Shown here: positions 40,281 through 50,950 of the stretch, in pieces
How the letters are laid out: each line of letters starts with the position of its first letter
Position numbering within the stretch: the stretch's first letter is position 1
Source: Candidatus Poribacteria bacterium
GTDB lineage: Bacteria; Poribacteria; WGA-4E; WGA-3G
DNA: 64,000 nucleotides
Assembly (NCBI GenBank): GCA_965220325.1
Contig: OZ244821.1
Coordinates: 5,189,644-5,253,643, forward strand
Reading direction: 5' to 3'
The notes under the pieces: model-generated
What the model was told of the DNA's origin: nothing
What the model saw: only the letters and a program-made list of their open reading frames with translations
Databases searched by the model: none
Made by a program: the position numbers and the translations under genes

Positions 40281-41732
40281 ATGCCAGGTGCTAACCTTTT
40301 GTATATCCACTCCGACCAGCACAATCCTTATGTGACGGGTTGTTACGGGGATCGGTTGGTGCAGACCCCGAATCTTGACAGCCTTGCTGCTGAAGGTGTG
40401 GTGTTTGAAAACGTCTACTGCCCATCTCCGATCTGTGTGCCGTCCCGGATGTCTATGTTGAGCGGGCGCTATCCTCATGAAAATCGCGTATGGACGAACA
40501 GCCATATCCTCGATTCTGGGATACCGACGTTCGCACACGCTATGGGGGCAGCGGGGTATCAACCTGTACTTATCGGACGGATGCACGCGCTGGGACCGGA
40601 TCAGTTGCACGGATATACCGAACGTCTCGTCGGTGACCACGGTCCGAACTATCATGGTGGACGTGGCGTTGACCACGGCGAACTCTCTGGAACTGCAGGA
40701 CCGGCGCGTGTGAGTCTCGAAAAGTCGGGAGCGGGGCAGAGCGCGTATCAGGTTCACGACGAGGATGTGACGGCGGCAACCGTCGATTATCTCAACCGGC
40801 TCGGTGTTCAGAAACGGGCAGGACTCTTAAATACGCCGTTCTCGATCTCCGTCGGGTTTATGTTACCCCACCAGCCCTTTGTTGCGCGTCAGGAAGATTA
40901 CGAACTTTATGAAGGGCAGATGACGATGCCTGAGAACCCCGAACCTTTTTCAGAGGCGTTACACCCGCACTTCCGGTGGTGGCGCGAAAAGTGTGGCATT
41001 GTTGAAGTTTCTGATGCCGAGATTCTACGTGCACGCACGGCTTATTGGGCACTCGTCACACGGATGGATGTGATGATTGGGCAGATATTAACGGCACTCC
41101 GAGAGAACGGATTAGACGAGAACACGTTGATCCTCTATAGCTCGGATCACGGTGAACAGGTGGGTGAACATGGACTCTGGTGGAAACAGACCTTCTATGA
41201 GCATTCGGTGAAGGTTCCAGCGATTATGTCGTGGCGTGGCACGCTACCGGAAGGTGTCCGATGCGATCGCGTCGTCAGTGCGTTGGACTTAAATGCCACG
41301 ATGCTCGATGCACTCGATGCACCGGCACTGCCACATTCTCGCGGTCGGAGTACGCTGCCGCTGCTCCGTGGCGAGGACACGGCGTGGGCGGATATTGCTT
41401 TCTCGGAGTATTGTACCGATGAACCTTGCTACCACCGGATGGTTCGCGATGGCGATTGGAAATTGAACTATTATCACGGGCAGCCGCCGCAACTTTTTAA
41501 CTTGAAGGATGATCCAGACGAATCAAATGACAGGGCAGACGATCCAACGTGCAGAAACATTCTGAAACAGTTGACACAGAAAGTATTAGATGGCTGGGAT
41601 CCAGAACGGATCGCAGTGCAGATGGCGGCGAAGCGCGCGGATACACAACTCCTCGGTAGATGGGGACGAAATACACAACCAACGGATCAGTACCGTTGGA
41701 ATTTACTACCAGAGATGGACTATTTGGAGTGA
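40281..41732 (+). CDS. sulfatase (choline-sulfatase-like)
   Basis: SDQH, CVPSR (CxPxR), GRMH, SDHG, KQTFYE; start at MPGANL after AAGGAG. Confidence 0.9.
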   Translation: MPGANLLYIHSDQHNPYVTGCYGDRLVQTPNLDSLAAEGVVFENVYCPSPICVPSRMSMLSGRYPHENRVWTNSHILDSGIPTFAHAMGAAGYQPVLIGRMHALGPDQLHGYTERLVGDHGPNYHGGRGVDHGELSGTAGPARVSLEKSGAGQSAYQVHDEDVTAATVDYLNRLGVQKRAGLLNTPFSISVGFMLPHQPFVARQEDYELYEGQMTMPENPEPFSEALHPHFRWWREKCGIVEVSDAEILRARTAYWALVTRMDVMIGQILTALRENGLDENTLILYSSDHGEQVGEHGLWWKQTFYEHSVKVPAIMSWRGTLPEGVRCDRVVSALDLNATMLDALDAPALPHSRGRSTLPLLRGEDTAWADIAFSEYCTDEPCYHRMVRDGDWKLNYYHGQPPQLFNLKDDPDESNDRADDPTCRNILKQLTQKVLDGWDPERIAVQMAAKRADTQLLGRWGRNTQPTDQYRWNLLPEMDYLE

Positions 41733-41802
41733 GGACAGGTAAAATTGACAATCGTGGTGATATTTATTGACCATCAACCTTTCACACAATAGGAGAGACA
41801 AC

Positions 41803-42666
41803 ATGGCGAACAGTCCAATACTTAAGGGTGAACGTTTTAGTCCAGAGAGAACAGCAGAGATTGCTGAGCAATTTTTTCGTGACGGGTTTGTCTATCTTCC
41901 GGGTGTGCTGACAGAATCAGAGGTTACCGCGCTACGAGAGAAATCAGACGAACTGTTTGCGGACCCGGAACTTATGGAAAGAACGAACTCAGAGCTTGCG
42001 GATGTCCGATATATCCAGATGGGTGCGCATGCCGAATCGGGTGAAGCGTTACCGTTTATTCTGCGGAATACCATCGAACTTGACCCGATCTTTCGAGATA
42101 TGCTCCTCCGTGAACCGATCCTGAGTTTAGCGGAAGCGATCGTGGGTGAGAACTGCAAGTTCTGTGGGCAAAATGTGTTACGGAATCTTCCCGGTCTTTC
42201 GATCAACACGTGGCACGTGGACGGTTCAGTGCATTTCCCCGTCACCGAGGAGATGCCGCGCCACGATCCGCGTTTGCGGATGCCTGTGATGTGGTTTACC
42301 GTCCAGATGGCGTTGAGTGATATCGATACCATAGAAGAGGGACCGACGCAATACGTACCCGGTAGCCACTACTCTGGCAGGCATCCCAACGATCAAGAAA
42401 ATCCTGAGTTTGAAGGCAATAAACCGGTCTCTATTTTCTGTAAGGCAGGCGATATCTACTTACAGGATCCGCAGTGTTGGCACCGCGGTGCACCGAACCT
42501 GTCTAACAAAACGCGTTATATTATACAATCGCAGTACGCAGCGTATTGGGCATATTGGCGGTTTAGTCTCTGCAACGGCGTACCTGTGCCTGAAGAGGTC
42601 CTACAAGATGCGGATGATCGGTTGATGCGTCTCTTAGGACGTCCGCGGGTGAGTGACCTGAATTAG
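41803..42666 (+). CDS. phytanoyl-CoA dioxygenase (PhyH) family Fe/2OG oxygenase
   Basis: WHVD, YVPGSH, WHRG..N. Confidence 0.88.
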   Translation: MANSPILKGERFSPERTAEIAEQFFRDGFVYLPGVLTESEVTALREKSDELFADPELMERTNSELADVRYIQMGAHAESGEALPFILRNTIELDPIFRDMLLREPILSLAEAIVGENCKFCGQNVLRNLPGLSINTWHVDGSVHFPVTEEMPRHDPRLRMPVMWFTVQMALSDIDTIEEGPTQYVPGSHYSGRHPNDQENPEFEGNKPVSIFCKAGDIYLQDPQCWHRGAPNLSNKTRYIIQSQYAAYWAYWRFSLCNGVPVPEEVLQDADDRLMRLLGRPRVSDLN

Positions 42667-42776
42667 TCGCCTGAACCTTTCTTATTCGGCTTTTTGTAAA
42701 CTTTCTTGTGGCATACCTGTTTAAATTGGCAAATAAGTCCTTAGAAAATTAGTTGCCAAAGAGGAGGTACGGACAG

Positions 42777-44759
42777 ATGGGACAACGGATAAGAAACAGG
42801 TTTCAGCGGAGATTGGCTGTCATTTGGATTGCCACAACGGTGTTGTTTGTCGGTTTAGTGACACAACTCGGCGCAGATGAACACACCGAACCTAACGAGA
42901 GCGATTGGGTGCAAACCAACGGTCCCTACGGTGGAGAGATTCTCGCCATCCATGAGGCACCTAAAGGCGTGCTATTTGCTGGCACAAGCGGTGGCGGTAT
43001 CTTCCGTTCGACGGATCGCGGCGATACTTGGGCCCCGGTCAATACAGGATTACGTTTTGAACCCGGAGAGGGTTTGTCTATTAGAGCATTTGCACATAAA
43101 GGAGGATTGATCTACGCCGGCGCGCCTGATGCTTTATATGCGTCAACCGATGGCGGAGATACGTGGCACCAAGTTCCAATTTTTGGAGAACGGTTTGTAT
43201 CGGTCAGTGATATTATGTTCATAGGTGCTCGCGTATACATTGGTACCTTAAATAAGGGGGTTTGGTATTCAGATGATAACGGTGAATCGTGGCAGCCGGT
43301 GATCGTCACTATTGGTGATCGCATGTACACCGCCTCCGTGGATGGGTGGGTTTTGTATTCAGATGACGGTGATTTATGGCGCCCGGTGCCGCCGAACGAT
43401 CGGTTGGGGGCTATGTTAATTCGTGAACTTTCGAGTATAGGAACAACTCTTGTCGCCGGAACCCAAAACACTGTTTTCCGCCAGAGGACGAATGAGGACG
43501 CATTGACTGCTATTAATGATGGTTCTGTCGTACAGCGGATTAACGCGTTTGCTGTTATGGACAACCTATTCTACGCAAGTGGGTCCATGGGGAAAAATAG
43601 TGGGCTTTTCCGGTCCGATGACGAGGGAGATTCATGGATAGACATCGCTACAGAAGAGATAACACGGACCGTTGAGACGATAGCGGTCCACGGTACAAGG
43701 TTGTACGTAGGCACCTCTGGCAGTGGTGTTTTCCGTTCGGATGATAAGGGTGATTCTTGGACAGCTGTCAACAATGGATTAACGCATCGAACAGTTTCGG
43801 CATTGTTAGCAGTCAATGAAGACACTGTCTTCGCCGGCACCCGTGGCGGTGGTGTTTTTCGGACGACAGATGGCGGTGATTCTTGGGTAGAAATCAATGC
43901 CGGAATAATAAATACAACAGTCCGTGAATTGGAAGTTGTTGGAAATAAGCTATACACTAACGGTGGCGGGAAGATTGTCTATTTAACTGACGGTGGCGAA
44001 TCGTGGCAACCCCTAGAGATCCCGTCAACGGCGATGAAATACGGATTTCCCGCGCTATCCGTTTCGGATGGTGAACTTTACCTGGGTGCTGTTAGATACG
44101 CACCGCGCGACCAAGGTGGGGAAACTGGTGGTATTTTCAGGTTGGATGCAGAGAACAACACCTTGGTCGAACTCATTGTCGATAGAAATTTGGCGGGTCT
44201 CGAATGTATAGAGGTCGTCGGTACGACTTTCTATATGGGGACCTTGGATAACGGGGTTATCCAGTGGAAAAAGGACTCGGGTCCATCAACCACTGTTCTC
44301 GGCTTGGAACATCACTACATCACGGCATTATCAGGAAATAGCGAGAGCGTCTATGCCGGTGCTGAGGGCGACGAAATTTATCGTTTGAAGAAGGGAACGT
44401 GGGAGCCTATCCACTCAACAGATATGACGGATGGTGGTATGTCGGATCTCAGGTGGATTGGATCAACACTCTACGCGACCTTTTGGAATGGCGGCGTTTT
44501 CCGCTCCACTAACAGTGGCGATTCGTGGACAGCCATCAACGATGGTTTGGATGAGACAACTGCAACATCAATAGGGACAGACGGGACCGAGTTGTATATA
44601 GGTACATTTACTGGCGTTTTCCGATGGATAGCGGCTAAAGAGCAGTGGGAGCCGGTCGGTTCATTACCCTACCAGATTTTGTCGTTAGCAGTGCTTGACG
44701 GTTTTCTTTACGCTGGCACTGCCTATAGCGGCGTGTTTAAGATTCCGATTGAGGAGTAG
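42777..44759 (+). CDS. secreted BNR/Asp-box beta-propeller protein (YCF48/sortilin-like)
   Basis: Signal peptide; many S/TxDxGxS/TW Asp-boxes. Confidence 0.82.
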   Translation: MGQRIRNRFQRRLAVIWIATTVLFVGLVTQLGADEHTEPNESDWVQTNGPYGGEILAIHEAPKGVLFAGTSGGGIFRSTDRGDTWAPVNTGLRFEPGEGLSIRAFAHKGGLIYAGAPDALYASTDGGDTWHQVPIFGERFVSVSDIMFIGARVYIGTLNKGVWYSDDNGESWQPVIVTIGDRMYTASVDGWVLYSDDGDLWRPVPPNDRLGAMLIRELSSIGTTLVAGTQNTVFRQRTNEDALTAINDGSVVQRINAFAVMDNLFYASGSMGKNSGLFRSDDEGDSWIDIATEEITRTVETIAVHGTRLYVGTSGSGVFRSDDKGDSWTAVNNGLTHRTVSALLAVNEDTVFAGTRGGGVFRTTDGGDSWVEINAGIINTTVRELEVVGNKLYTNGGGKIVYLTDGGESWQPLEIPSTAMKYGFPALSVSDGELYLGAVRYAPRDQGGETGGIFRLDAENNTLVELIVDRNLAGLECIEVVGTTFYMGTLDNGVIQWKKDSGPSTTVLGLEHHYITALSGNSESVYAGAEGDEIYRLKKGTWEPIHSTDMTDGGMSDLRWIGSTLYATFWNGGVFRSTNSGDSWTAINDGLDETTATSIGTDGTELYIGTFTGVFRWIAAKEQWEPVGSLPYQILSLAVLDGFLYAGTAYSGVFKIPIEE

Positions 44760-44817
44760 GTTGACTAATTGCACAGCATAGAAACTGGGGCTGCTACGCT
44801 CTGCTAAACGGGGTCCG

Positions 44818-44976
44818 ATGAAGATTAGAATAAATCGGATAATTCCATATTTTTCCCGCGTGTAGGAATCGCGAGCACGGGAAACACCGTTTTTGCGGAT
44901 TTCTTGTAAGCAAAAACACTCGCTCCTACAAGAAAACGTTACCGCTGAATTACCTGATTAAATTGTTAAACCTCAT
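44818..44976. mobile_element. MITE-like element, same TIR family as 2777-2880
   Basis: atgaagattagaataaatcggataat ... attacctgattaaattgttaaacctcat around gtaggaatcgcgag...ctcgctcctac. Confidence 0.55.
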
Positions 44977-45010
44977 GTGACCCCGTCCCTCTTCTAAGGA
45001 GAACGGACTG

Positions 45011-46960
45011 ATGAAACAACAGACAAGACCTGTTCTTTGGATTGCTGTAGCCGTACTCTGCACCGTTTTCGCACCGCAAGTTAGGGCAGATGTGAACGGC
45101 GGCTGGATACAAACCAACGGTCCCTACGGTGGAGAGATTCTCGCCATTCATGAGGCACCTAAAGGCGTGCTATTTGCTGGAACAGAGGGTGCGGGCATCT
45201 TCCGTTCAACGGATCGCGGCGATACCTGGACCCCGGTCAATACTGGATTGCATTTTGACCCGGAACGGACTTTGTTTATTAGGGCATTTGCACATAACAA
45301 AGGAATGATCTATGCTGGTGCGTCTGATGCTTTGTATGCGTCAACCGATGGCGGAGATACGTGGCACCAAGTTCCAATTTTTGGAGAACGGTTTGTATTC
45401 GTCAGTGATATTATGTTCATAGGTGCCCGCGTATACGTTGGCACCTTAAATAAAGGTGTTTGGTATTCAGATGATAACGGTGATTCATGGCTGCCGGTGA
45501 CTGTCACTATGGGTGATCGCATGTACACGGCCTCTTTGGAATTGAATGGGTGGGTTTTATATTCAGATGATGGCGGTAATTCATGGCTGCCGGTGCCGCC
45601 GCACGAGCGGTTAGGGGCTATGTTAATTCGTGAACTTTCGAGTATAGGAACAACCCTCGTCGTTAGAACCCAGAATACCGTTTTCCGCCAAAGGACGAAT
45701 GAGGACGCATTGACCGCTATCAACGATGATGTTGTTGAGCAACGAATTACCGCGTTTGCTGCTATGGACAACCTACTCTACGCAAGTGGGTCCATAGGCG
45801 AAGAAGGGCGTGGACTTTTCAGGTCCGATAACGAGGGAGATTCATGGACACGCATCGCTACAGAAGAGATAACACGGACCGTTGAGACGATAGCCGTCTA
45901 CGGGACAACGTTATACGTGGGCACCTTTGACGATGGTGTTTTCCGTTCGGATGACAAAGGTGATTCTTGGACAGCTATCAACGAGGGCTTGACAGATCGG
46001 ACGGTCTCTACGCTGTTAGCAGTCGATGAAGATACTGTCTTCGCTGGTACCCCTGGCGGTGGTGTTTTTCGCACGACAGATGGCGGTGATTCTTGGGTAG
46101 AAACCAACACCGGAATGACGAATACAACAGTTAGTGAATTGGAAGTTGTTGGAAATAGGCTATACACCAACGTTAGTGGAAAAATTGTTTATACGGTTGA
46201 CGGTGGCGAATCGTGGCAACCTGTGATCCCGTTAGCACCGATTAAATCCGTATTTCCCCCACTATCCGTTTCGGGTGGCAAACTTTATATTTCTGCTGTT
46301 AGATATGCCCCGCGCGAACGGGGTGAGGAGATCGCTGGTATTTTCAGGGTGGATGTAGAGAACAACACTTTGATCGAGATTGTTGTTGATACAAATTGGG
46401 CTGGTATTAATTGTATGGAAGTCGTCGGTTCGACTTTCTATATGGGGACTTTGAATGACGGAGTCATCCGGTGGGAAAGCGGATCGGATCCATCGACGAC
46501 CAATCTCGGCTTGGAAGACCACTATATTTGGATGTTGGCAGGGAATGGAGAGAGTGTCTGTACCGCGTCTGGGGACGAAATTTACCGTTTACAAGGGGAA
46601 CAGTGGGAGCCTATCCACCCAACAGATATGACGGATCCTCCGTCTGATCTAAGGTGGGTTGGATCAACGCTCTACGCGACCTTTTGGAGTGAAGGTGTTT
46701 TTCGCTCCACTAACGGTGGCGATTCGTGGACAGCCATCAACGATGGTTTGGATGAAGCATCTGCGGTATCAATAGGGACAGACGGCACCGAGTTGTATGT
46801 AGGCACGTCTGCCGGCGTTTTCCAGTGGATAGAAGCTAAAAAGCGGTGGAAACCGATCGGTTCGCTGCCTCACCAGATTTTGTCCTTAGCAGTGCTTGAC
46901 GGTTTTCTCTACGCTGGAACTGCCTATGGTGGTGTGTTCAAAATCCCGATTGCGAAGTAG
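45011..46960 (+). CDS. secreted BNR/Asp-box beta-propeller protein, tandem paralog
   Basis: Collinear and highly similar to 42777-44759 from QTNGPYGG onward; different signal peptide. Confidence 0.82.
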   Translation: MKQQTRPVLWIAVAVLCTVFAPQVRADVNGGWIQTNGPYGGEILAIHEAPKGVLFAGTEGAGIFRSTDRGDTWTPVNTGLHFDPERTLFIRAFAHNKGMIYAGASDALYASTDGGDTWHQVPIFGERFVFVSDIMFIGARVYVGTLNKGVWYSDDNGDSWLPVTVTMGDRMYTASLELNGWVLYSDDGGNSWLPVPPHERLGAMLIRELSSIGTTLVVRTQNTVFRQRTNEDALTAINDDVVEQRITAFAAMDNLLYASGSIGEEGRGLFRSDNEGDSWTRIATEEITRTVETIAVYGTTLYVGTFDDGVFRSDDKGDSWTAINEGLTDRTVSTLLAVDEDTVFAGTPGGGVFRTTDGGDSWVETNTGMTNTTVSELEVVGNRLYTNVSGKIVYTVDGGESWQPVIPLAPIKSVFPPLSVSGGKLYISAVRYAPRERGEEIAGIFRVDVENNTLIEIVVDTNWAGINCMEVVGSTFYMGTLNDGVIRWESGSDPSTTNLGLEDHYIWMLAGNGESVCTASGDEIYRLQGEQWEPIHPTDMTDPPSDLRWVGSTLYATFWSEGVFRSTNGGDSWTAINDGLDEASAVSIGTDGTELYVGTSAGVFQWIEAKKRWKPIGSLPHQILSLAVLDGFLYAGTAYGGVFKIPIAK

Positions 46961-47064
46961 ACACTTTCTCGTTGGATTCTCACTGCGAAGCACTCCCCGT
47001 CGTGACATTCACTCTCACTGCAAGGCAAACTGAAAACTGAAAACTGAAAACAAGGAGACTGGAC

Positions 47065-48465
47065 GTGTGTGAAACACCACTTCACTTCAAGACTATTACT
47101 GAGATCGCAGCGGAGATTGCTGCCAAGCAGTTATCGCCTGTGGATGTTACGGCTGCGATGCTGGAACGTATTGAGCAGCTTGACGGTCAATTGAAGAGTT
47201 ACGCAACTGTGACAGCAGAACAGGCGATGGCTGCCGCACAAGCGGCGGAACGAGAGATTGCCGCTGGAAAGTATCGCGGTCCGCTTCACGGGATCCCTAT
47301 CGCAGTGAAAGACCTCTGCTTTACCAAAGGTGTCCGGACGATGGGCGGGGTGGAGGTGCTTGCAGAACATGTGCCTGCGTTTGATGGTACAGTTATCACA
47401 AAACTCGCTGCTGCGGGTGCGATCCTGCTCGGTAAACTCAATCTAACTGAAGGAGCAATGGGCGGCTACAACCGTAATTTTGCTATTCCCCAAAACCCGT
47501 GGAATCCTGACCGGTGGACAGGTTCCTCATCAAGCGGTTCTGGAGTTGCAACAGCAGCGGGGTTGTGTTTCGGTTCACTCGGTAGCGATACGGGTGGCTC
47601 CATCCGATTTCCCGCTGCATCGTGTGGCATTGTCGGAATAAAACCGACATGGGGTCGAGTGAGTCGTTACGGTGTACTCGCGCTTGCTGAATCCATGGAT
47701 CACGTCGGCCCGATGACGCGAAGTGTCGCTGATGCGGGGATTATGCTGGAAGCGATCGCTGGCTTTGACCCAAATGATCCAACCTCCCTGCCGGATCCTG
47801 TGCCAAACATGCTTGAGCGGAGAGGACAGGACCTTCAAGGTATCCGCATCGGGTTTGACGATAACTATGCGACAAACGGTATTGACGTTGAACTCGCCGA
47901 TGCGGTGCGCGCCGGTGTGAAAATTCTTGCGGATGAAGGTGCTGAAATTGTTGAAGTGGCATTGCCTGACGTGGATGCATACGTCTCCGCATGGCCTACA
48001 TTGTGTGCGACCGAGGCGGTGGTGGCACACGCAGCCTATTATCCGTTCCGACGAGATGCTTACGGTCCTTGGTTCCAAGGATGGCTTGATATGGGGGCGA
48101 AAGTGACAGGCGCGGAATACGCGAAAGCGAACAACCTGAGAGCAGCTTGCACAGGACATCTCAGAAAGGTGTTTGCGGAGATTGACGTACTGGTGTGTCC
48201 GTCAATGTCTGCCCCGCCTCACGCCATCACGCCAGAGGTATTATACGGACCGTATGAACCCCGGGATCCGAAGTTCCAGCGGTTCACCGTGCCGTTTGAC
48301 TACAACGGCGCGCCGACGCTATCTGTGCCGTGTGGCATGAATAACGAAGGGTTACCGTTGAGTCTTCAGTTTGTTGGGAAACATTTGACAGAACCGTTGT
48401 TGTGTCAAGTCGGACACGCTTATGAAAGCGCGACACCGTGGCAGGATATCCATCCGGATGTTTAA
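47065..48465 (+). CDS. amidase signature family protein
   Basis: IAVKD, GSSSSGS, GSDTGGSIRFPA, GIKPT. Confidence 0.92.
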   Translation: MCETPLHFKTITEIAAEIAAKQLSPVDVTAAMLERIEQLDGQLKSYATVTAEQAMAAAQAAEREIAAGKYRGPLHGIPIAVKDLCFTKGVRTMGGVEVLAEHVPAFDGTVITKLAAAGAILLGKLNLTEGAMGGYNRNFAIPQNPWNPDRWTGSSSSGSGVATAAGLCFGSLGSDTGGSIRFPAASCGIVGIKPTWGRVSRYGVLALAESMDHVGPMTRSVADAGIMLEAIAGFDPNDPTSLPDPVPNMLERRGQDLQGIRIGFDDNYATNGIDVELADAVRAGVKILADEGAEIVEVALPDVDAYVSAWPTLCATEAVVAHAAYYPFRRDAYGPWFQGWLDMGAKVTGAEYAKANNLRAACTGHLRKVFAEIDVLVCPSMSAPPHAITPEVLYGPYEPRDPKFQRFTVPFDYNGAPTLSVPCGMNNEGLPLSLQFVGKHLTEPLLCQVGHAYESATPWQDIHPDV

Positions 48466-48472
48466 AACAGTG

Positions 48473-49489
48473 CTATTTCTGTGGTAGCCGATACCCCTCT
48501 TTCATCGTCTGGATGCTGTAGAGGCAATGTTCTGCTGTAATATAAAGCACCTTGCTCGTTTTACCGTGCCCAAATGCGACATTGGTGGGCTTATCCGGTG
48601 TCTCGACGTACGCCAGTTCTTCACCTTCCGGTGTGTAAACGCGGACACCGGGGCGAGTTTCATCGCGCACCGCCACCCAAAGATTCCCTTCAGCATCAAC
48701 GACCATCCCGTCTGGACCGTCCTCTGGTGCGTAGTCAACGAGTACTTTTCGGAAGGTCGCGGTGCCATCCGGTGAGAGATCGTAAGCGAGGAGTGCCATC
48801 CGTCCCTTATGCGGTGTCATTTCGTCGGGTAGGGTTCCCATCGCGCCGTTGTCATGGCTGATGACGTAGAGCGTCTTCTGATCGGGTGAGACTGCCACGC
48901 CGTTGGGTTTACCGGCATCCGTAACGGCGAGGTGGACAGAACGGTCTGGATCAATGCGATAGACACCAAAAATCGGTTGTTCGACAGGTTCGTGTCCAGC
49001 ATACCTCGGATCCGTAAAATAGATGCGTCCTTGTTCGTCAATCGAGAGATCGTTGGGTGAGTTAAAGGGTTTGCCGTTATAGAGACCGGCGATGATTTCA
49101 CTTTTACCGGTCTTCATATCTGTTCGGGTAATCCTACGTCCCCCGAAATCCGCCCCTTCCGCAACGACCAAGCGACCTTGCGCGTCGAATTTCGTACCGT
49201 TTGACATCCCGCTTGGCGAACGGAAAACGGTTGTTTCTCCGGTTTCTGGGTTATGTTTCCAGATGTGTCCCGCCTGCATATCCGCTTCATAAGTAAAGGT
49301 AATATCGCTGAAGTAGACCATCCCGTCTGGTGCGACGGAGACCCCTTCTGTAAAATGCGCGCCGTTGAAGAGTTCTTTAAGTTCTGCTCCCGGGGCAATA
49401 ATAGAGTCCCTGTTTGCAGCGTGCCCGATTAAAGTAGGTGTGAGTGTTATACCCGCAGCAAGGGCTTGAAACATTTGTAGATTCGGCAT
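48473..49489 (-). CDS. SMP-30/gluconolactonase family protein
   Basis: FTEG, FNSPND, FTDP, PNGVAVSPD, GPDGMVVD. Confidence 0.9.
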   Translation of the reverse strand: MPNLQMFQALAAGITLTPTLIGHAANRDSIIAPGAELKELFNGAHFTEGVSVAPDGMVYFSDITFTYEADMQAGHIWKHNPETGETTVFRSPSGMSNGTKFDAQGRLVVAEGADFGGRRITRTDMKTGKSEIIAGLYNGKPFNSPNDLSIDEQGRIYFTDPRYAGHEPVEQPIFGVYRIDPDRSVHLAVTDAGKPNGVAVSPDQKTLYVISHDNGAMGTLPDEMTPHKGRMALLAYDLSPDGTATFRKVLVDYAPEDGPDGMVVDAEGNLWVAVRDETRPGVRVYTPEGEELAYVETPDKPTNVAFGHGKTSKVLYITAEHCLYSIQTMKEGYRLPQK

Positions 49490-49624
49490 ATTTACTCTCC
49501 TTTGTTCTTAACTGCCAACAACTATCTCCGCGTGTGTGCCAAAAAGTATACGTTGATTATGCCGCCTTGTCAACAGAAATTGCAAAAAAAATTGAATTTT
49601 AATCTAAGTCTCAAGTATAATATC

Positions 49625-49760
49625 ATCAAGGGTATTTAGTTTTAAGGAATTATTGGGTTTCCGGTCTTTTTTTAAAGATCCGGTTCGGTTAGGAAACCGA
49701 AACTACCGGGCCCGGGGTCCAAAAATTTGGTAAGAAAATGGAAAACTAAATCGTCCTGAT
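49625..49760. repeat. GGTTCGGTTAGGAAACCG REP core wrapped by ATTTAGTTTT inverted repeats
   Basis: atcaagggtatttagtttt / aaaactaaatcgtcctgat; core matches the one at ~40112-40139. Confidence 0.5.
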
Positions 49761-49886
49761 AATATCATAGTGTATTATTTACTAAAGTTTGGACAATTTC
49801 TAAAATTTTTGTTTCATTGTTTACGGATAGAAAGCAAAGCACGTTGAGACTATCAAGCAGATCAGCTTATTCAAAGCAACCTCTTT

Positions 49887-50452
49887 AGCCCCGTAGGGGC
49901 GGTATGTTTATAGAAAAAGCATACCCCGCGAGGCTAAGCCCCGTAGGGGCGACATGTGTCCACGTTTCTGTGAGGAAACTATGGCAAATACCTACACCCA
50001 ACTCTATATTCATATCGTGTTCGCTGTCAAAGGTAGACAATCTCTCATTCCAAAATACCATAAAGCCGAACTTCACAAATATATTACCGGTATTATTACC
50101 AACAAAAAGCAGACGGTCATTCAAATCAATTCGATGCCGGATCACGTCCATATCCTTGTCGGCATGGCTCCAGACATTGCGGTCTCCAAACTCGTAGGGA
50201 TCATTAAGGCAAATTCGTCAAAATTTATTAACAACAAGCGATGGGTTGCTGGAAAATTTGAATGGCAGTCGGGATTTGGGGCGTTCTCGTATTCAGAGTC
50301 TCATGTTAATGAGGTGGCTGCGTATATTAGAAATCAGGAAAAGCATCATGAACGCAAAACATTCCGAGAGGAGTTCTATAAACATATCGCCCCTATGGGG
50401 CTTAGTTTCGCTGCGGATGGCGTTTCTATAAACATCCCGCCCCTACGGGGCT
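49887..50452 (+). mobile_element. IS200/IS605-type element or REPtron: tnpA flanked by inverted GTAG REP doublets
   Basis: agccccgtaggggc units at 49887 and 49937, inverted units at 50374-50402 and 50423-50452 (about 70-bp imperfect inverted repeat). Confidence 0.75.
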
Positions 50453-50460
50453 GCGTATAG
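49981..50460 (+). CDS. tnpA: IS200/IS605 family Y1 (HUH) transposase, C-terminus read into the REP arm
   Basis: HIVFAVKGR, MPDHVHIL (HUH), WQSGFGAFS, YIRNQ. Confidence 0.88.
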   Translation: MANTYTQLYIHIVFAVKGRQSLIPKYHKAELHKYITGIITNKKQTVIQINSMPDHVHILVGMAPDIAVSKLVGIIKANSSKFINNKRWVAGKFEWQSGFGAFSYSESHVNEVAAYIRNQEKHHERKTFREEFYKHIAPMGLSFAADGVSINIPPLRGCV

Positions 50461-50724
50461 GTGCATCCACGATTATTTTTTTACGAGTTGTATTTGTGTG
50501 AGAAACTATCAGAAAAATCAGAAATGCATCGTATCTTATACTCAAGATAAATATAATATAGCGAGGCGAGCCATTCGCTTTTTTGATACGCAAGATTTTC
50601 GTTTAAAATCACCTCTCTATCTTCTTTTTTAGCATCACTTAAACACACCCTTTCCTACAGTTCTGAATTTCATATTCTCTAAAAACTTGTCATGATATAG
50701 TGATACAAAAGGAAACTTCAGAAG

Positions 50725-50943
50725 ATGAAATTTAACGCAGTTTTCAAAAAAGTCCCCGAGGGTTACATCGGATTTGTCGAAGAATTGCCCGGTGCGAATA
50801 CACAAGGTAAAACGCTTGAAGAAACGAGGGCAAATCTCCGAGAGGCAATTGAACTGACACTTGCGGCGAACCGCGCACTTGCTGAAGAAGACATAGCAGA
50901 ATTACAAGATGTCATTCGTGAACCTATTTCTGTCCACCCATGA
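50725..50943 (+). CDS. hicB: HicB-family antitoxin
   Basis: GYIGFVEELPGANTQGKTLEETRANLREAI. Confidence 0.85.
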   Translation: MKFNAVFKKVPEGYIGFVEELPGANTQGKTLEETRANLREAIELTLAANRALAEEDIAELQDVIREPISVHP

Positions 50944-50950
50944 AACGGTG

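Noticed and set aside
49781-49795. ACTAAAGTTTGGACA, also at 60844-60858
   Set aside because: Probably another MITE end, but no matching inverted partner could be defined, so no element was called
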